From the NCBI RefSeq assembly GCF_009914755.1, contig NC_060942.1: 64,000 bases of DNA. One strand, given 5' to 3'. The DNA comes from the human T2T-CHM13v2.0 reference genome, Homo sapiens. The notes under the pieces were generated by a model that worked only from the letters and a program-made list of their open reading frames with translations, was not told the DNA's origin and made no database searches. A program made the position numbers and the translations under genes. The stretch's first letter is position 1, and each line of letters begins with the position of its first letter. Of the stretch, positions 47,907-61,184 are shown in pieces.

Positions 47907-50900
47907 TTGTTTTGTTTCTATATTTGTGTGATCTAACGTAAGTTGTTATCTCTTTAAAATAACATTATATCCATAAAATGTTTTTTGTAAGCCTCATAGT
48001 AACCACAGTGCAAAAACATATAACAGATTCAGGAAAAATTACAAGTAACAAATTAAAATATACTGGTAGAGAAAATCATTTAACCACAAAGGAAGATGGT
48101 GACAAAGGAAGAAAAAAAGAGAGGAGTTAGAAATCAACCAGAAAGAAGGCAATAAAATGGCAGTAGCAATTCTTACTTAGCAATAAAAACACAATGTAAA
48201 TGGACACAAATCTCTATTTAAAAGGCCTAGAGTAGTTTAACAGATAAAAACCAAGACCCACAAGAGGCCCACTTCAGCTATGAAGACACACATAGACTGA
48301 AAATAAAGGGGTGGAAAAAAGTATTCACTGCAGCTAGAAACCAACTCATCTAGAGAACATCAACAGAGAAACATCAATGTTAAACTACACACTAGAACTA
48401 ATAGGCTTAACTAATGTTTAAAGAGCATTTCACACAACTGCTGTAGAATACACGTTATTTCCTGGGCACATGGAACATTCTTTAGAATAAACCAAATCTC
48501 AGGCCAAAAAACAAGTTTGAACAAATTTTAAAAAGTGGAAATCATATCAAATATCTTTTCTGACCGCAATGGAATAAAACTAGAAATCGGTAACAAGAAC
48601 CTTGGAAACGTCACAAACACGTGGAAATTAAACAACATGTTCCTAAATGACCAATAGCTCAATGAAGAAATTAAGAAGAAAATTTTAAAATGTCTTGAAA
48701 CAAATGATAATGGAAATACAACATACTGAAATTTATGGGATACAGCAATAGCAATACTAGGAGGGAAGCTTATATCAATCAACTAAAGCAAAAAAGTGGA
48801 AAAGCTTCAGATAAAGAACGTAATGATGTACCTTGAGGAACGAGAAAAGCAAGGAAATATGAAACCCAAAATCAGTAGAAGAAGATAAAAAATCAGAGCA
48901 TAAATAAATAAATTTGAGAATTAAAAAAATATAGTAAATCAACAAAACAAGTTGTTTTTTTAAAAAATCAAAATTGACAAGCTTATAGCTAGACTAACTA
49001 GGAAAAAACAGAGAAGACCCAAATAAATAAAATCAGAAATGAAGAAATAACAACCAACACCAGACAAAGAATTATCAGTCTATTATGAAAAACTATATGC
49101 CAATATATTGAAAAATCTAACAGAATTGGATACATTTCCAGACACATAAAACATCCAAATATTCAAGAAATAGAAAACCTCAATAAACCAACAATGATTA
49201 AGGAGATTGAAGCTATAGTAAAATATCTCCCAGCAAAGAACAGCCCAGGACATCATGGCTTCACTGCTACATTCTACCAAACATTTAATGAACTAACACC
49301 ATTTCTACTCAATTTCTTCACAAACATTGAAAAGAACAGAATACTTCCAGACCCATTTAATGAGGCTAGTATTACCTTGATACCAAAACCAGACAAGGAC
49401 ACAACAGAAAAGGAAAACTTCAGGCCAATATCACTAATGGACAGAGATCCAAAAATCATCAACGAATAGTAGTAAACCAAATTCGACAATACATCAAAAA
49501 AATTATTCACCATAATAAAGTGGGGTTCATCCCAAGGATGCAAACACAGTTCAACATACACAAATCAATAAATGTGATATATTATATTAACAGAAGAAAT
49601 AACAAAAAATGGCCATCTCAATAGACATATAAAAAGCATTCAATAAAATTCAACATCATGTTATGATAAAAACCTTAATCAATATGGGTATATAATTAAC
49701 ATACCTCAAAATATTAAATGCTACATATGGCCAACCCAGAGGTAATAGTATACTGAATGGGGAAAAAATGGAAGGCCTTTCCTCTAAGATCAGAAACAAG
49801 GCAAGGAGGCCCATTTTTCTACTTGTATTCAACACAGTACTAGATTTCTTGGCCAGAGCAATTAGGCAAGAGAAAGAAATAAAGAGCATCCAACCTGGAA
49901 ATAAAGAAGTCAAATTAGCCTTGTTAGAAGACTACATGATCTTAAACTCGGAGAAATCAAACGACTTCACAAAGAACTGTTAGAACTAATAAATCAATTA
50001 AGTTGCAGGATACAAAATCAACATACAAAAGTTTGTAGTATTTATATACACCAATAGCAAATAATCTAAAAATATATTAAGAAAGTAATCCCACTTACCT
50101 AGCAATAAATTTACCCAAATAAGTACAAAATCTAGACAAAGAGAAACTATAAGACACTGATGAAAAAAAATTGAAGAGGACACAATAAAATGAAGTTATT
50201 CCATGTTCATAGATTAGAAGAACTAATATTGCTAAAATGACAATACTACCCAATGCAATTTACAGATCCAGTGTAATCTCTGTCAGCATAACAGACATTC
50301 TTCACAGAAGTAGAGAAAAATCCCAAAATTTATATGGAACACAAAGAACCCTGAATAGTCAAGGCAATCCTGGCCAAAAAGATCAAAACTAGAGGCATCA
50401 CGCTACCTGATTTCAAAATATACTACAAAGACAGAGTGACCAAATCAGCGTGGTACTGGCATGAAAACAGACACACAGAGTAATGGAACAGAACAGTGAA
50501 CACAGATATTAATTCATACATTTACAGCCAACACATCTTTGACAAAGGAACCGAAACCATACAACAGGGAAAGAAAAGTCACATCAATAAAGGATGCTGA
50601 GAAAATTGGAAAACTATATGCAGAAGAATAAAACTAACCCTATCTCTTAACATAAAATAAAATGAAAATTAATTAAATACTTATATCTAAGACCTGAAAC
50701 TATGAAACTACTTGAAGAAAACATTGCAAACACACTGCATGCAGGACATTAGTCTGGGCAAAGATTTTTCTGTGTAAGATCTCAATAGCACAGGCAACCA
50801 AAGAAAAAGCAGACAGTTGATTTTACAACAAGCTATAAACCTTCTGCAAAGCAAAGGAAACAATCCACAAAGATAAGAGACAACCCACAGAATGGGAGGA

Positions 50901-51456
50901 AATACTTGCAAACAATACATCTAACAAGGGATTAATAACCAGAATATACAGAGCGTTCAAACAACTCAATAGCAAAAGAAAATACTCCAATTATAAAATG
51001 GAAAAAGATATAAACAGACATTTCTGAAAAGAAGATATACAAATAGCCAATAGGTAGATGAAGAAATGCTCAGACTCACTAATCTTCAGAGAAATACAAA
51101 TCCAAAGTACGATGCAGTATCATCTCACCACAGTTAAAATGGATTGTGTCAAAAATAGAGGCAATAAGAGATGCTAACAAAAATGTAGAGAAATGGGAAC
51201 CCTCATATACTGTTGGTGGGAATGTAAATTAGTACAGCCACTATGGAGAAGAGTATGCATGTTTCTCAAAACAACAAAAATAAAACTGCTATATGGTTCA
51301 GCCGTTCCACTACTGGATATATATTCTAAAGAAAGGAAATAAATATATCAAAGATCTATCTGCACTCTAATTTTTATTGCAGCATATTCCCAATAGCCAA
51401 AAGATGGAATCAACCTGTGTCCATCAACAGGTGAATGGATAAATAAAATGTGGCGT

Positions 51457-51650
51457 ATATATATATGTGTGTGTATATATATATCTGATATATAATATAT
51501 ATTATATGATATATATTATAATATTCCATAATATATAATATATAATACATAATATATACCATATATACTATTCCATAGTATATATTATATATAATATTCC
51601 ATTATATATATACACACACATATATATATATATATACACATAAATATATA
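51457..51650. repeat. AT-rich compound microsatellite within L1 3' end
   Basis: (TA)n/(CA)n with recurring tattccat. Confidence 0.9.
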
Positions 51651-53429
51651 ATGGAATACCATTCAGGCATAAAAAGTAATGAAATGCCATCATTTGCAAC
51701 AACATAGATGGAACTGGAGGCCGTTATGTTACGTGAAAGAAGCCGAGCACAGATACGACATGTTTTCACTTACATGTGGGGCTAAAAAGTGGATTTTATG
51801 AAGATAGAAAGTGTATTGGTGGTTATCACAGCAAAGAGAAGGGGAAAGGATGAAGGAAAAAAGAAAGTAAATGTGTTTATTACCACTCCAGTGGGTAGTT
51901 TCTAATAAATAGATTTTAGCCTTCAAAATTATCATATTTAAAACTGTAGTGTTTGAAATTTCTAAAATTATTTGAGCAGGTAACCTATCTCTTTATTATA
52001 AGGAATTGTATTATTTTCTTTTATCTTTTCTCCACAGTTATCAACTTTTGAAGTACTTGTTATGCCATGGGGAAAGGGGTTACTGTTGATTAAGAATGTG
52101 GTGGATAATGCACAGTCATTTTCAATGAAGAAAACTGTAAAACACCATCTGCCAGATGTTCCATTTCTCTCTTTTCCTCTCTTTATTAACAGTCATCTTT
52201 TCATTGTCATCATATAATCTCGTTTTGGGTAAGTGTAGTGGATTGAAAAGGATGTTGCCCTCTAAGAACAATATTTATCTTTCTGATAGGTTTTTGTTGT
52301 TTTTATCGTTCTTGTTTTAATATTGTATGTGTGCTTATGCATGTTAATCAGAGGCATAAGGCTTCTTGATTTTGTTTTATATTTTAGCATTTACATATGG
52401 ATAACATTGCACCAATTCCAAAATGAATGGAGAAAAGATGAGAAATATTAGATGAGACAAAGCAAGGTAAAAAAGTAAGATTAAGATCGACAAGTAGAAG
52501 AATAAAAGAAAAAAGACAGAAAGTTAGGGGAAACTAAATCACAAAGACAAAGCACTTAAGGATGGAACACACACAAAAAAAAACCTGGCAAATGAAAGTT
52601 AAGTCAAACTTTAAACCTATCAGGGTTTTTGGCAAGGGCACATTGTCGATTCTTATATGAGTGACAAATTATCTTTATAGTGTTCCTGAAACTCTGCCGT
52701 ATCTCTCATTTAACCAATTTCCACAGAGACTGAATGCACTATTGAGACACTTCCTAAATTAGCTGTAAAGTAGAGATTGCTAACTTGTGATAGAACTCAT
52801 ACAATTATTTTCTTTGGGATATTAGGAAATCATAAATTACCATATAAATTGCTTCAGATTTTAAAGTGTATTTTAATAGTTTCATATCACTTATATGTCA
52901 GTGAAAAAGACAGTTGATTTGTATTCAAAATGTAATAGACTTTTAAAAGGTATGAGCATGATAGGTATTTAATTAAATAAAAAGATGTAGGCATCATTTA
53001 AAATGAGTACCTCTCGTTGTTTATTATTTATAAAATCTCAAGACACATTCCAGAGTTGTGTTCATATGTAACACAACTTCATACTCTCACAATCACATAA
53101 GACTATTTTATTTATTCTCACTCTATTCATATTGTTTATACTAACTTTGGATACAACTGGGTCAAATTAGTTTTGCTAAACTGGTCAATTCTAAATTCTT
53201 TTTTCATATCCTTTGCATTTTTCTAGTGAATATAGAATTTTCTCTGGCTCAGCTAAAACACAATCTACATTATTATTTTTTCACATCATCAGTCTTGCCC
53301 AGGAGTATATTTGCATCACTGTAGCTCATGTTTTGTATCAAATTCACTCTTTTGCAACAGTTTCATAGCAAAACTATGCATTCATCTGTACTTTTCTAAA
53401 GTATAACAATAAAATATCTGAGATTAATT

Positions 53430-55000
53430 TTATGAATATATAAAATATTTATCTACATATCTATTTTTTTCAGTTTTAGCCATTATAAATACAGTGGTTG
53501 TGAATATTTGTATAAAGCATTTTGGAAATAATTTCTCTTGTTTATAGTACTTAGCACTCAGGAGTGAAAGGGGTGAAACTTAGGAGATGCAAATGTGCAA
53601 CGTTATTTCCAACTGTAAACAGTTTTCTAAAGACGTTATACCATTGTATACTTCTACAACTAATGTCTGAGAGTTCCAGTTGCTTCTCATTTTATCCAGC
53701 ACTAGAAATTTTAACCATTTTGGAACATGCACAGTGAATTCTTCCCAGCTGTAATTTTTATGTTCCTAATAAGTAGGGACATGTAAATATCCCTAATATA
53801 CAACTGTGCTGTGATCTGAATGTATATCCTTCAAATTTCAGATGTCGAAACTCAGTGGCCAAGGTGATGGTATTAAGAGGTTTGGGCTTTAAGAAGTGAT
53901 TAGGACATGAGGGCTCCTCTCTTATGAATGTCATTAAGATCCCTATACACCAGGCTTCATGCAGCATTCAGATTACTTGGGCTTCCATGTTCCACTACAC
54001 AGCACTTTGCCCCTCCAGAGGATGCAGCAACTAGGCATCATCTTAGAAGCAGAGACACCCTCAGCAGAAAACAAACCTGCTGGCACCTTGACCTTGGACT
54101 TCTCAGTTTTCAGAATTGGAAGAAAAAAAATCTCTCATTATAAATTACCCATTCTCGGTTAATTTTTTATGGCAATACGAATGGACTGAGACAAACTGGC
54201 AAATGCATAGCTGAATTTCTCACATGCCTGTTCAACTGTCTAGCTCTTTTTGAAAATTAGACTACTGATCTCTGTTTTACTGATTTGTAGAATTTTTTAG
54301 AAGTTCTTGGTACACATCCTAAGTTCCTTAGAGGAGCACAGTATAGATTTTGATAAAATTTTGCCTATTTAAAAAATAATCTGTGATTTCTCTGTCATAA
54401 TTTAAAATTCTGGGGCCATTTCAATGTTTGTAACATGCTACTACATTTTTCTCTGTGAGTCTTATGGTTTTAGTTTTTATATTGAGATCTATGTTTCTTC
54501 TCCAATTGATGTTTTCCCCTACATTGTAAACAGAGGTTTATTTTTTCCCCATATGAATATCATTTTGTTATTTTGTTTCTCAACCATATTTTGAAATCAT
54601 AGTCAATTTCCAATTGTAATGCATGGCACATTTTTTTGAAAATCAGGGAACAATATATGTTTGGGCCTATTTCTAGATTGCCTATTCTGTTTCATTGTCT
54701 TGGCGGGTATCACTTTATAATAATTTTGAAATTTTATAATGTGCCTTCACCAACCTTACTCATCAATTTAAAAAATACTTCTACTCTTTTAGGCTTTTTG
54801 CATTTCTAACTACATTTTAGAATTATCTCATCAAATTTTATGAATAAAAATTTTGGGATTGTATTAGAATAAATAATATCAAGTTTTCCAATCAATGAAC
54901 ATATCTTGTGATTTCTTTAGGTTCTTAATTCCTATTAACAAAGTTTTGCATAAGTTTTTAAGATTTATTTTTAATGATGTAGCTATTTTTATACAAATTG
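53430..55000 (-). mobile_element. L1ME-like relic split by an MST LTR
   Basis: gagttccagttgcttctc; tttgggcctatttctagattgcctattctgtttcattg. Confidence 0.6.
53807..54193 (+). mobile_element. MST (MSTD-like) solo LTR
   Basis: tgctgtgatctgaatg...ggactgagaca; perfect TSD aactg. Confidence 0.9.
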
Positions 55001-55137
55001 CCAAAGATTAAGCGTGAGGGAGTGTGAAAGAATAGAACCTCTAGAATCCGCAAATGTGAGGGCAGGTTGCACACAATCATAGGCTATTCTCCACCTTCAG
55101 GAAGACATACGCCTAGAACAAAATAGGGAAAGGCAGT

Positions 55138-55747
55138 TGTTTTAGTCAGGGTTCTCTAGAGAGACAGAACTAATAGGATACGTGTATACATGAAAGAGAG
55201 TTTATTAAGGAGAATTTACTGACATTCTTCTCACTCACCTCCTTGCTCCTCATCTTACAGATGGTCTGTCTTGGGAAAAGTCCCATGATAGACCTGGGTA
55301 TATCCTGGGTAAAGTCCCGGGACAGACCATCTGCAAGTTGAGGAGCAAGGAAGCCAGTGGTGGATCAGTTCGAGTCCCAAAACCTTAAAAATAGGGAAGC
55401 CAACAGTGCAGCCTATAGTCTGTGGCCAAAGGCCCAAGAGCCTCTGGCAAACCACTGGTATAAGATCAAGAGTCCAAAAGTTGAAGAACTTGGAGTCTGA
55501 TGTTTCATGGCAGAAGGATCCAGCATGGGAGAAAGATAAAGGACAGAAGACTCAGCAAGTCTGCTTTATTCTAGTGGCTCTGGCAGTTAATTAGATAGTG
55601 TCCACCCACAATAAGGGCAGGTCTGCCTCTCCCAGGCTACTGACTCAAATGTTAATCTCCTTTGGCAACACCCTCACAGATACATCCAGAAACAATACTT
55701 TGTATCCTTCAATCCAATCAAATTGACACTCAATATTAACCATCACA
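55138..55747 (-). mobile_element. MLT2A 3' LTR of a truncated HERV-L
   Basis: ttagtcagggttctctagag...attaaccatcaca; closely similar to the LTR at 32172-32721. Confidence 0.92.
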
Positions 55748-56578
55748 AGTCTACCTCTTTTCAACTTGAATCCATACACATGTCCTGAAATCATACATAA
55801 TCTTCAAAGGAAGAAAATACTAAGGTCATAATTACACCTAACATAATACATCTATCCTTTGTACAACCAGAAGGACACGAATCCTTAACCTAAATGCTAT
55901 TACATAAAGTTAACAGCACTTAAATGCTGATACGAAGTCAATAAATCTTATGTCACATGATAGAGAAAAAATAAATAAAATGAAGGTTTTTTTTTTGTAT
56001 AAGTGTATACATGCACAAACATCTTCTTAGCAAAATAAGGAGGAAATACTCATGGCAATTAAAGTCCTTGTTTCTGCAACTGGTCACGTGGGAGTAGCTA
56101 ATAGGAATGACTACCTTATTCTACTCCCCAATTCTGTATTGGCTTTGCCTTCAGCAAGCACCTCAATGGGTTGTGACTTTTTTACCTGGTTGGGTGACCC
56201 ACAGCTTCATTCCTGAAGGGTCTGGGCCATTTGTAGTCATGTGTGGATTGGGTTGTTGTAGTTTCCCACTGACCTTAATCACAGGGCATGGCAATACTAA
56301 AAGATGCACTAAGGGATCTGCTGTATTCTGCACATACTCATCCTTACATCTGTTATAGAGTAGTAGACTGTTTTCATCTTGATAATCTGGGTCAGTCACC
56401 CCAGCCAACACTGTAACTCCCTTCTTATCCTGTTGACTTAGAGGTGGAAGGAGCCCAAAGTGCCCAGGTAGTAATCTTAACTTTCAGTTTAATGGAATCA
56501 TTGTTTTGTCTCCTGGTGGCAGCTAATCCTCCCTCTGGAACTAAGACATCTAGGCCAGCAGAACGTAATGTCACAGGA
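55748..56578 (-). mobile_element. HERV-L internal 3' fragment with frameshifted dUTPase remnant
   Basis: Minus-strand peptides SAGLDVLVPEGG and LAGVTDPDYQDE..LLL..DPL..LLVLPCPVIKV resemble dUTPase motifs 1 and 3; purine-rich tract abuts the LTR. Confidence 0.85.
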
Positions 56579-56929
56579 CCAGCAGGACGCTGAAAAACCT
56601 CCCTTAGTTTTGCAGACTTGGAGAAATCTCTCAGACTCTGCTGAAATAAAAGCATAAATTACTGTCCAAAACCTGTCCCTTGTAGAAAAAAAGAGTTTAA
56701 AACACTTGGAAAAAAGAGTGGGAAGGAAAAGAAACTGTGTTACTCCATGGCACAAATTAAGATAAATTGTGGTTGAAAATGTTAAAAAGATTTTTAAAAA
56801 TACCTTTTATCATTTGGAAATGCCAGAAACATTTCTGGACGTAGGATATTATGCCAATATTATTATAATACTTTTACATTTTTGGAAAGGGGCAAGAAGT
56901 GCTCTTCCAAATAAAATGCAGGAAAGAAA

Positions 56930-57650
56930 TTAGACAGCTTGGGGAGGAAAATACAAATATTATACTGTGAGAAATATTTGGATATTATATATCCGAAACT
57001 TGTAACAAGAATATAGAAAATATTGTTAAACTCAACAATAACAAACATAATAGCCCAATTAAAATTAGCAAAAAGTAGACATTTTACAAAGAAGTCATAC
57101 AAAAGACCATTAAACATATGAAGATTCATGATATCATTAGTCATTAGAGGAATGCAAATTAAAATCACTAGACACCACTCCACATTTACTTGAATGGTTA
57201 AAATTAAAAGTAAAATAATAAAAATGCTGATGAAGATGTGGAGCAAATGAACTCTTAAAATATGGCACAGGGAATGCGAAGTGGTACAGTCAATCTGTAA
57301 AACAGTTTTGCTGTTTCTTAAAGATTTAAATATATACTTATTATGTGACTCAGCAATCTCACTCTGGGAGTGAGATTTATCCAATAGAGCTCAAACAAAC
57401 ACTGTACTTTTAGGTGTTTTGCATATTATTGCATAATCTCCTCAAACTGGAAACAATTCAAATGCTCTTCATATTGTGGGTAGATAAATTAGCTGATCCA
57501 TCCTTACAATGAAATACTGCTTACCAATAAAACTACCAAATGCAATATACTAAGCAAAAGTAGCCAGGTTAAAATAATCACATTGCAGGGTTTCATTTGC
57601 ATTCTGTTTTGGAAAAAGACTAAATGATATAGATAGAAAACAGGCCAATA
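56930..57650 (+). mobile_element. L1ME-like ORF2 end / 3' UTR
   Basis: tcattagtcattagaggaatgcaaattaaaatcac; atgctgatgaagatgtggagcaa. Confidence 0.75.
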
Positions 57651-59570
57651 TTTGCACAGTCTCATTTTTTGTATTCTGAACTTTGTAGAATATAAATATT
57701 TTTGGAAATCCACCTATGAAATAAAAATATATTGTTTTAACTTATTTCACCTAATATTCTGAAATTGTATTCCTTTTTATGTTATATTCCTGAATTCCAC
57801 TTTGTTTTTTGCTTACTGAAAAACTCTGGGCTTTCCCCTCAGAGATCTTCACCATAGTAAATCTTTTAATTACACAATAATACTATACTTCTTCATGTTT
57901 TTCTATCATATTCAATATTATACACTCAGGTCCCTCAATGCCAAACATGATTACACTTTCTAATCATAACTATGAATTATAATTAATATTTTAGAGGGTT
58001 ATATTTACTGAGACTCTGCTATTTGCAAATCTATCTAATCACCAAAAAGTGAGCTTCATTTTCTCTACAAATTACTGTAGTTTTATTATGACAACATTAC
58101 ATGGGAAAAAATAATATCTTGTGAAGATCAAGAGATGCGTCTCACACGACATCGCCAAAGTGTGGCAGAGTGGACATTTAAATGTAGGAAAACCACATTT
58201 TTAAACTACCCTGTCATAGTGCTTCTAGTAGTATATTTAAGTGATAGAGAAAAATAGCACTTCCAAAAAAAATACAGTGAGATGATTTCAAGTATAGCAA
58301 CATATTTTGATGATTGATTAAATAAAGAATTTATTTTTTGGTTATGATTGTCCAGGAAGGCTTGCCCTCATAATGTAGTTTTTCAAACAATATTAATGAA
58401 AAGCTACAAATCAATGCATTTGAACCATTGATTTGCTGAAGAAACAGGTAATGTATGTACTTGGTTCATATTTTAACAGACTTGAATATGTGTCTGAAAC
58501 AAGAGACACCAAAGGAATTTTGAGTGAAATCCATGTATTTTTCCTGTGCTTCTTAAGTAGTACTTCATTATAATTTTGCCATTTAAGTGATAATATCTCA
58601 GTAGAACATGTAGCTTTTTTATCTAGAAGGGTGTAAAACAAGTGATTTGAAGACATTTTTGCACACTAGACGCAATCATGAAACATGTCACTAAATGTGA
58701 GAGCTCACACCTGGGGATTGAATAGGTTTGAATTAATTCCATAAATCTGTTTTTGTTAAAAAAAAAAGTATACTTATGTGCATCACTTTTAAGAACTACT
58801 CTAATCAGTGTCATATTTTAAATAACAATGGAAATGTAATTAGCTATATATTGAAGTGATTTTCTTAAAACAAACAAAAATGACCAAAATATAAATTTCT
58901 ATTAAATTGCTTCCTTTGTTCTTTTAAGGAGTAAGAGCCAGTGCAAAGTAATTCGGTTTTTGTTCGCAACACTGTTAGTATCTGATAATCAAACTGTAGT
59001 TTTAAAAAGCCACATCTCTTTGCTCTTTTATTCTAAACACAGCCCAGGGCAGGCATAGCAGCAAACTAGGCGATTTCTCATTTGCACATAAGTAAGCTGA
59101 TCTGGCCCTTGCATGCTGGGATTCTCCCTTTATTTGTAGACTGACTTAGCTTTTGCCTTTCCCTATAGAATAAAAATACATAGGAAGCTCTCTCCGTATT
59201 TTATGCATGGATTCTGCATCAAATCTAGCAAGGGTCAACAACCAGGCCATTCTCATCAGAGGGAGACCGACATCCTTCGGATGCCCCTGTGTGCTCCACT
59301 TGAACAGAGTGGTTCAGAAGCTAATAAAAAAGTTGATCCACTTCGTTAAAATTATGCCCCATAGGCAAATCTTATGCAAAAAATCTTATTCAAAACTTCC
59401 AAGAATTTATTGCATATAATCAAATTATGGTAATAATACTGTATATAAAACATAATAATGGCTTATTTAGAATCATGGCTAAGGTTCCTTGTGTTGTGAA
59501 TGGTCAATGGTAAAGTATAAACAAAAGAAATATTATTCAAAGTAGGTGGTTTTAAAGTCATATACGAATG

Positions 59571-59884
59571 GGCCGGGAACAGTGGCTCACGCCTGTAATC
59601 CTAGCACTTTGGAGGCCAAGGAGGGTGGATCACTTGAGGTCAGGAGTTTGAGAGCAGACTGGCCAACATGGCGAAATCCCGTTTCTACTAAAAATACAAA
59701 AATTAGCTGGGCATGGTGGTGGGTGCCTGTAGTCTCAGCTACTCGGGAGGCTGAGGCAAAAGAATCGTTTGAACTCGGGAGGCAGAAGTTGCAGTGAGCC
59801 AAGCTTGTGTCATTGCATTCTGCACTCCAGCTGGGTTGGCAGAATGACACTCCATCTCAAAAATAAATAAATAGATAAATAAAT
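59571..59884 (+). mobile_element. AluSx/Sz-like element
   Basis: Full Alu; 16-bp TSD aagtcatata(c/t)gaatg (59555-59570, 59885-59900). Confidence 0.96.
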
Positions 59885-59934
59885 AAGTCATATATGAATG
59901 GATATTAATAAGATAAATAATAATGAGGAAGAAG

Positions 59935-60420
59935 TAAATAAGGCCTCTAGGATCTGGCCCTATTTCTGTGTACCACATGCCTCCAAAGACTGCCTTCACT
60001 CATTCAGAACTTTCCAGCCCCATTGGCTCACTTTCATTTCCTAAAATATGAGCACACAAACTTTATTTCACATAATTTTAGGTTTTTATTGTACCTAGAT
60101 TCGTTTCCTCCCATATTTAGCCTTACTACACTTGTTATTGACTTAGGTCTTAGATTAAGAGTGTCTTCCTTTAGAGAGAGCTGCCCTGTCCACCTTGGCT
60201 GACTCAGCCTTTACCACCTTTGATTCTATATTATTCAGCTATGTTTTTCTTTATGGTTATTATCAACAAACAAAATAATCTTATGGAGATTTTCTGTTTC
60301 CTTTTCCTTTATGAGACTTAGTTATGGTTCTAATCATTGTTGCATCTTTAATAACTTGGAGAATACTTGGACCCAAGCAAGTGTTGAAAAGCTTTATTAA
60401 ATTTACCAATTAATAAATGG
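59935..60420 (+). mobile_element. L2 3' relic
   Basis: Weak L2-like motifs (gatctggcccta; ttaggtcttagatt..tcttcctttagagag). Confidence 0.45.
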
Positions 60421-60540
60421 AAAATTTTACCTCCATTGTGTTACTTGGCATTTCAAACTTTCATACAGAAGAAATCTTTTAAAAGTTATTATGGAAATAT
60501 TCTGTTCACCTATATAATCTACATTTTAATAAAGTCTGTT

Positions 60541-60843
60541 GCCTGGGTGTGGTGGCTTATACCTGTAATCCCAGAACTTTGGGAGGTTGAGGCAGGCAGA
60601 TTGCTTGAGTCTAGGAGTTCAAGACCAGTCCGCGCAACACGGAGAAACCTCATCTCTACAAAAAATACAAAACTCAGCAAGGCATGGTAGCGCACACCTG
60701 TAGTCCCAGCTACTTGGGAGTTGAGGCAGGAAGATTGTTTGAGCCTGGAGGTCAAGCCTGCAGTGAGCTGTGATTATGCCACTACACTCCAGCTTGGATG
60801 ACAAAGCAAGTCTGTGTCAAAACAAAATAAAACAAAACAAAGT
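60541..60843 (+). mobile_element. AluJ element
   Basis: attgcttgagtctaggagttc and gaggtcaagcctgcagtgagctgtgat (J-type); TSD taaagtctgtt (60530-60540, 60844-60854). Confidence 0.95.
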
Positions 60844-61184
60844 TAAAGTCTGTTAACTTTTTGACTAAAATACTCATTTTAGCAGAAATAAACCTGCTAT
60901 ACATTCTGCCTGGATCAAATTACAGTCTATTGCAATTTAATATTGTACCATCATTTTATTCAACAAATATTATTGAGAAAGCCCCTTCTGTCATCTGTAA
61001 TATAATATTTTCATTATATTTATCATTGAGTGAAGAATACAGAAAATATTTGTATAAATACAAGACTGAAAAGTTAATTTTCTGATATATTCTGCAATTA
61101 AAATATTTCCCAGAAATAAAAATCTACTTAAATTTTCAGAAAAGTTGTAGTTAAGGATTTAAAAAGAGACATTTAGGAGGTTGG

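Noticed and set aside
56863-57384. 173-aa hydrophobic ORF resembling a membrane protein
   Set aside because: Antisense frame of an A-rich L1 relic, which yields F/L/I-rich peptides by composition; the same applies to 62803-63213
58941-58962. MADE1/Hsmar1 TIR-like 22-mer (gtgcaaagtaattcggtttttg)
   Set aside because: Too short, two gaps versus the recalled TIR, no partner inverted repeat
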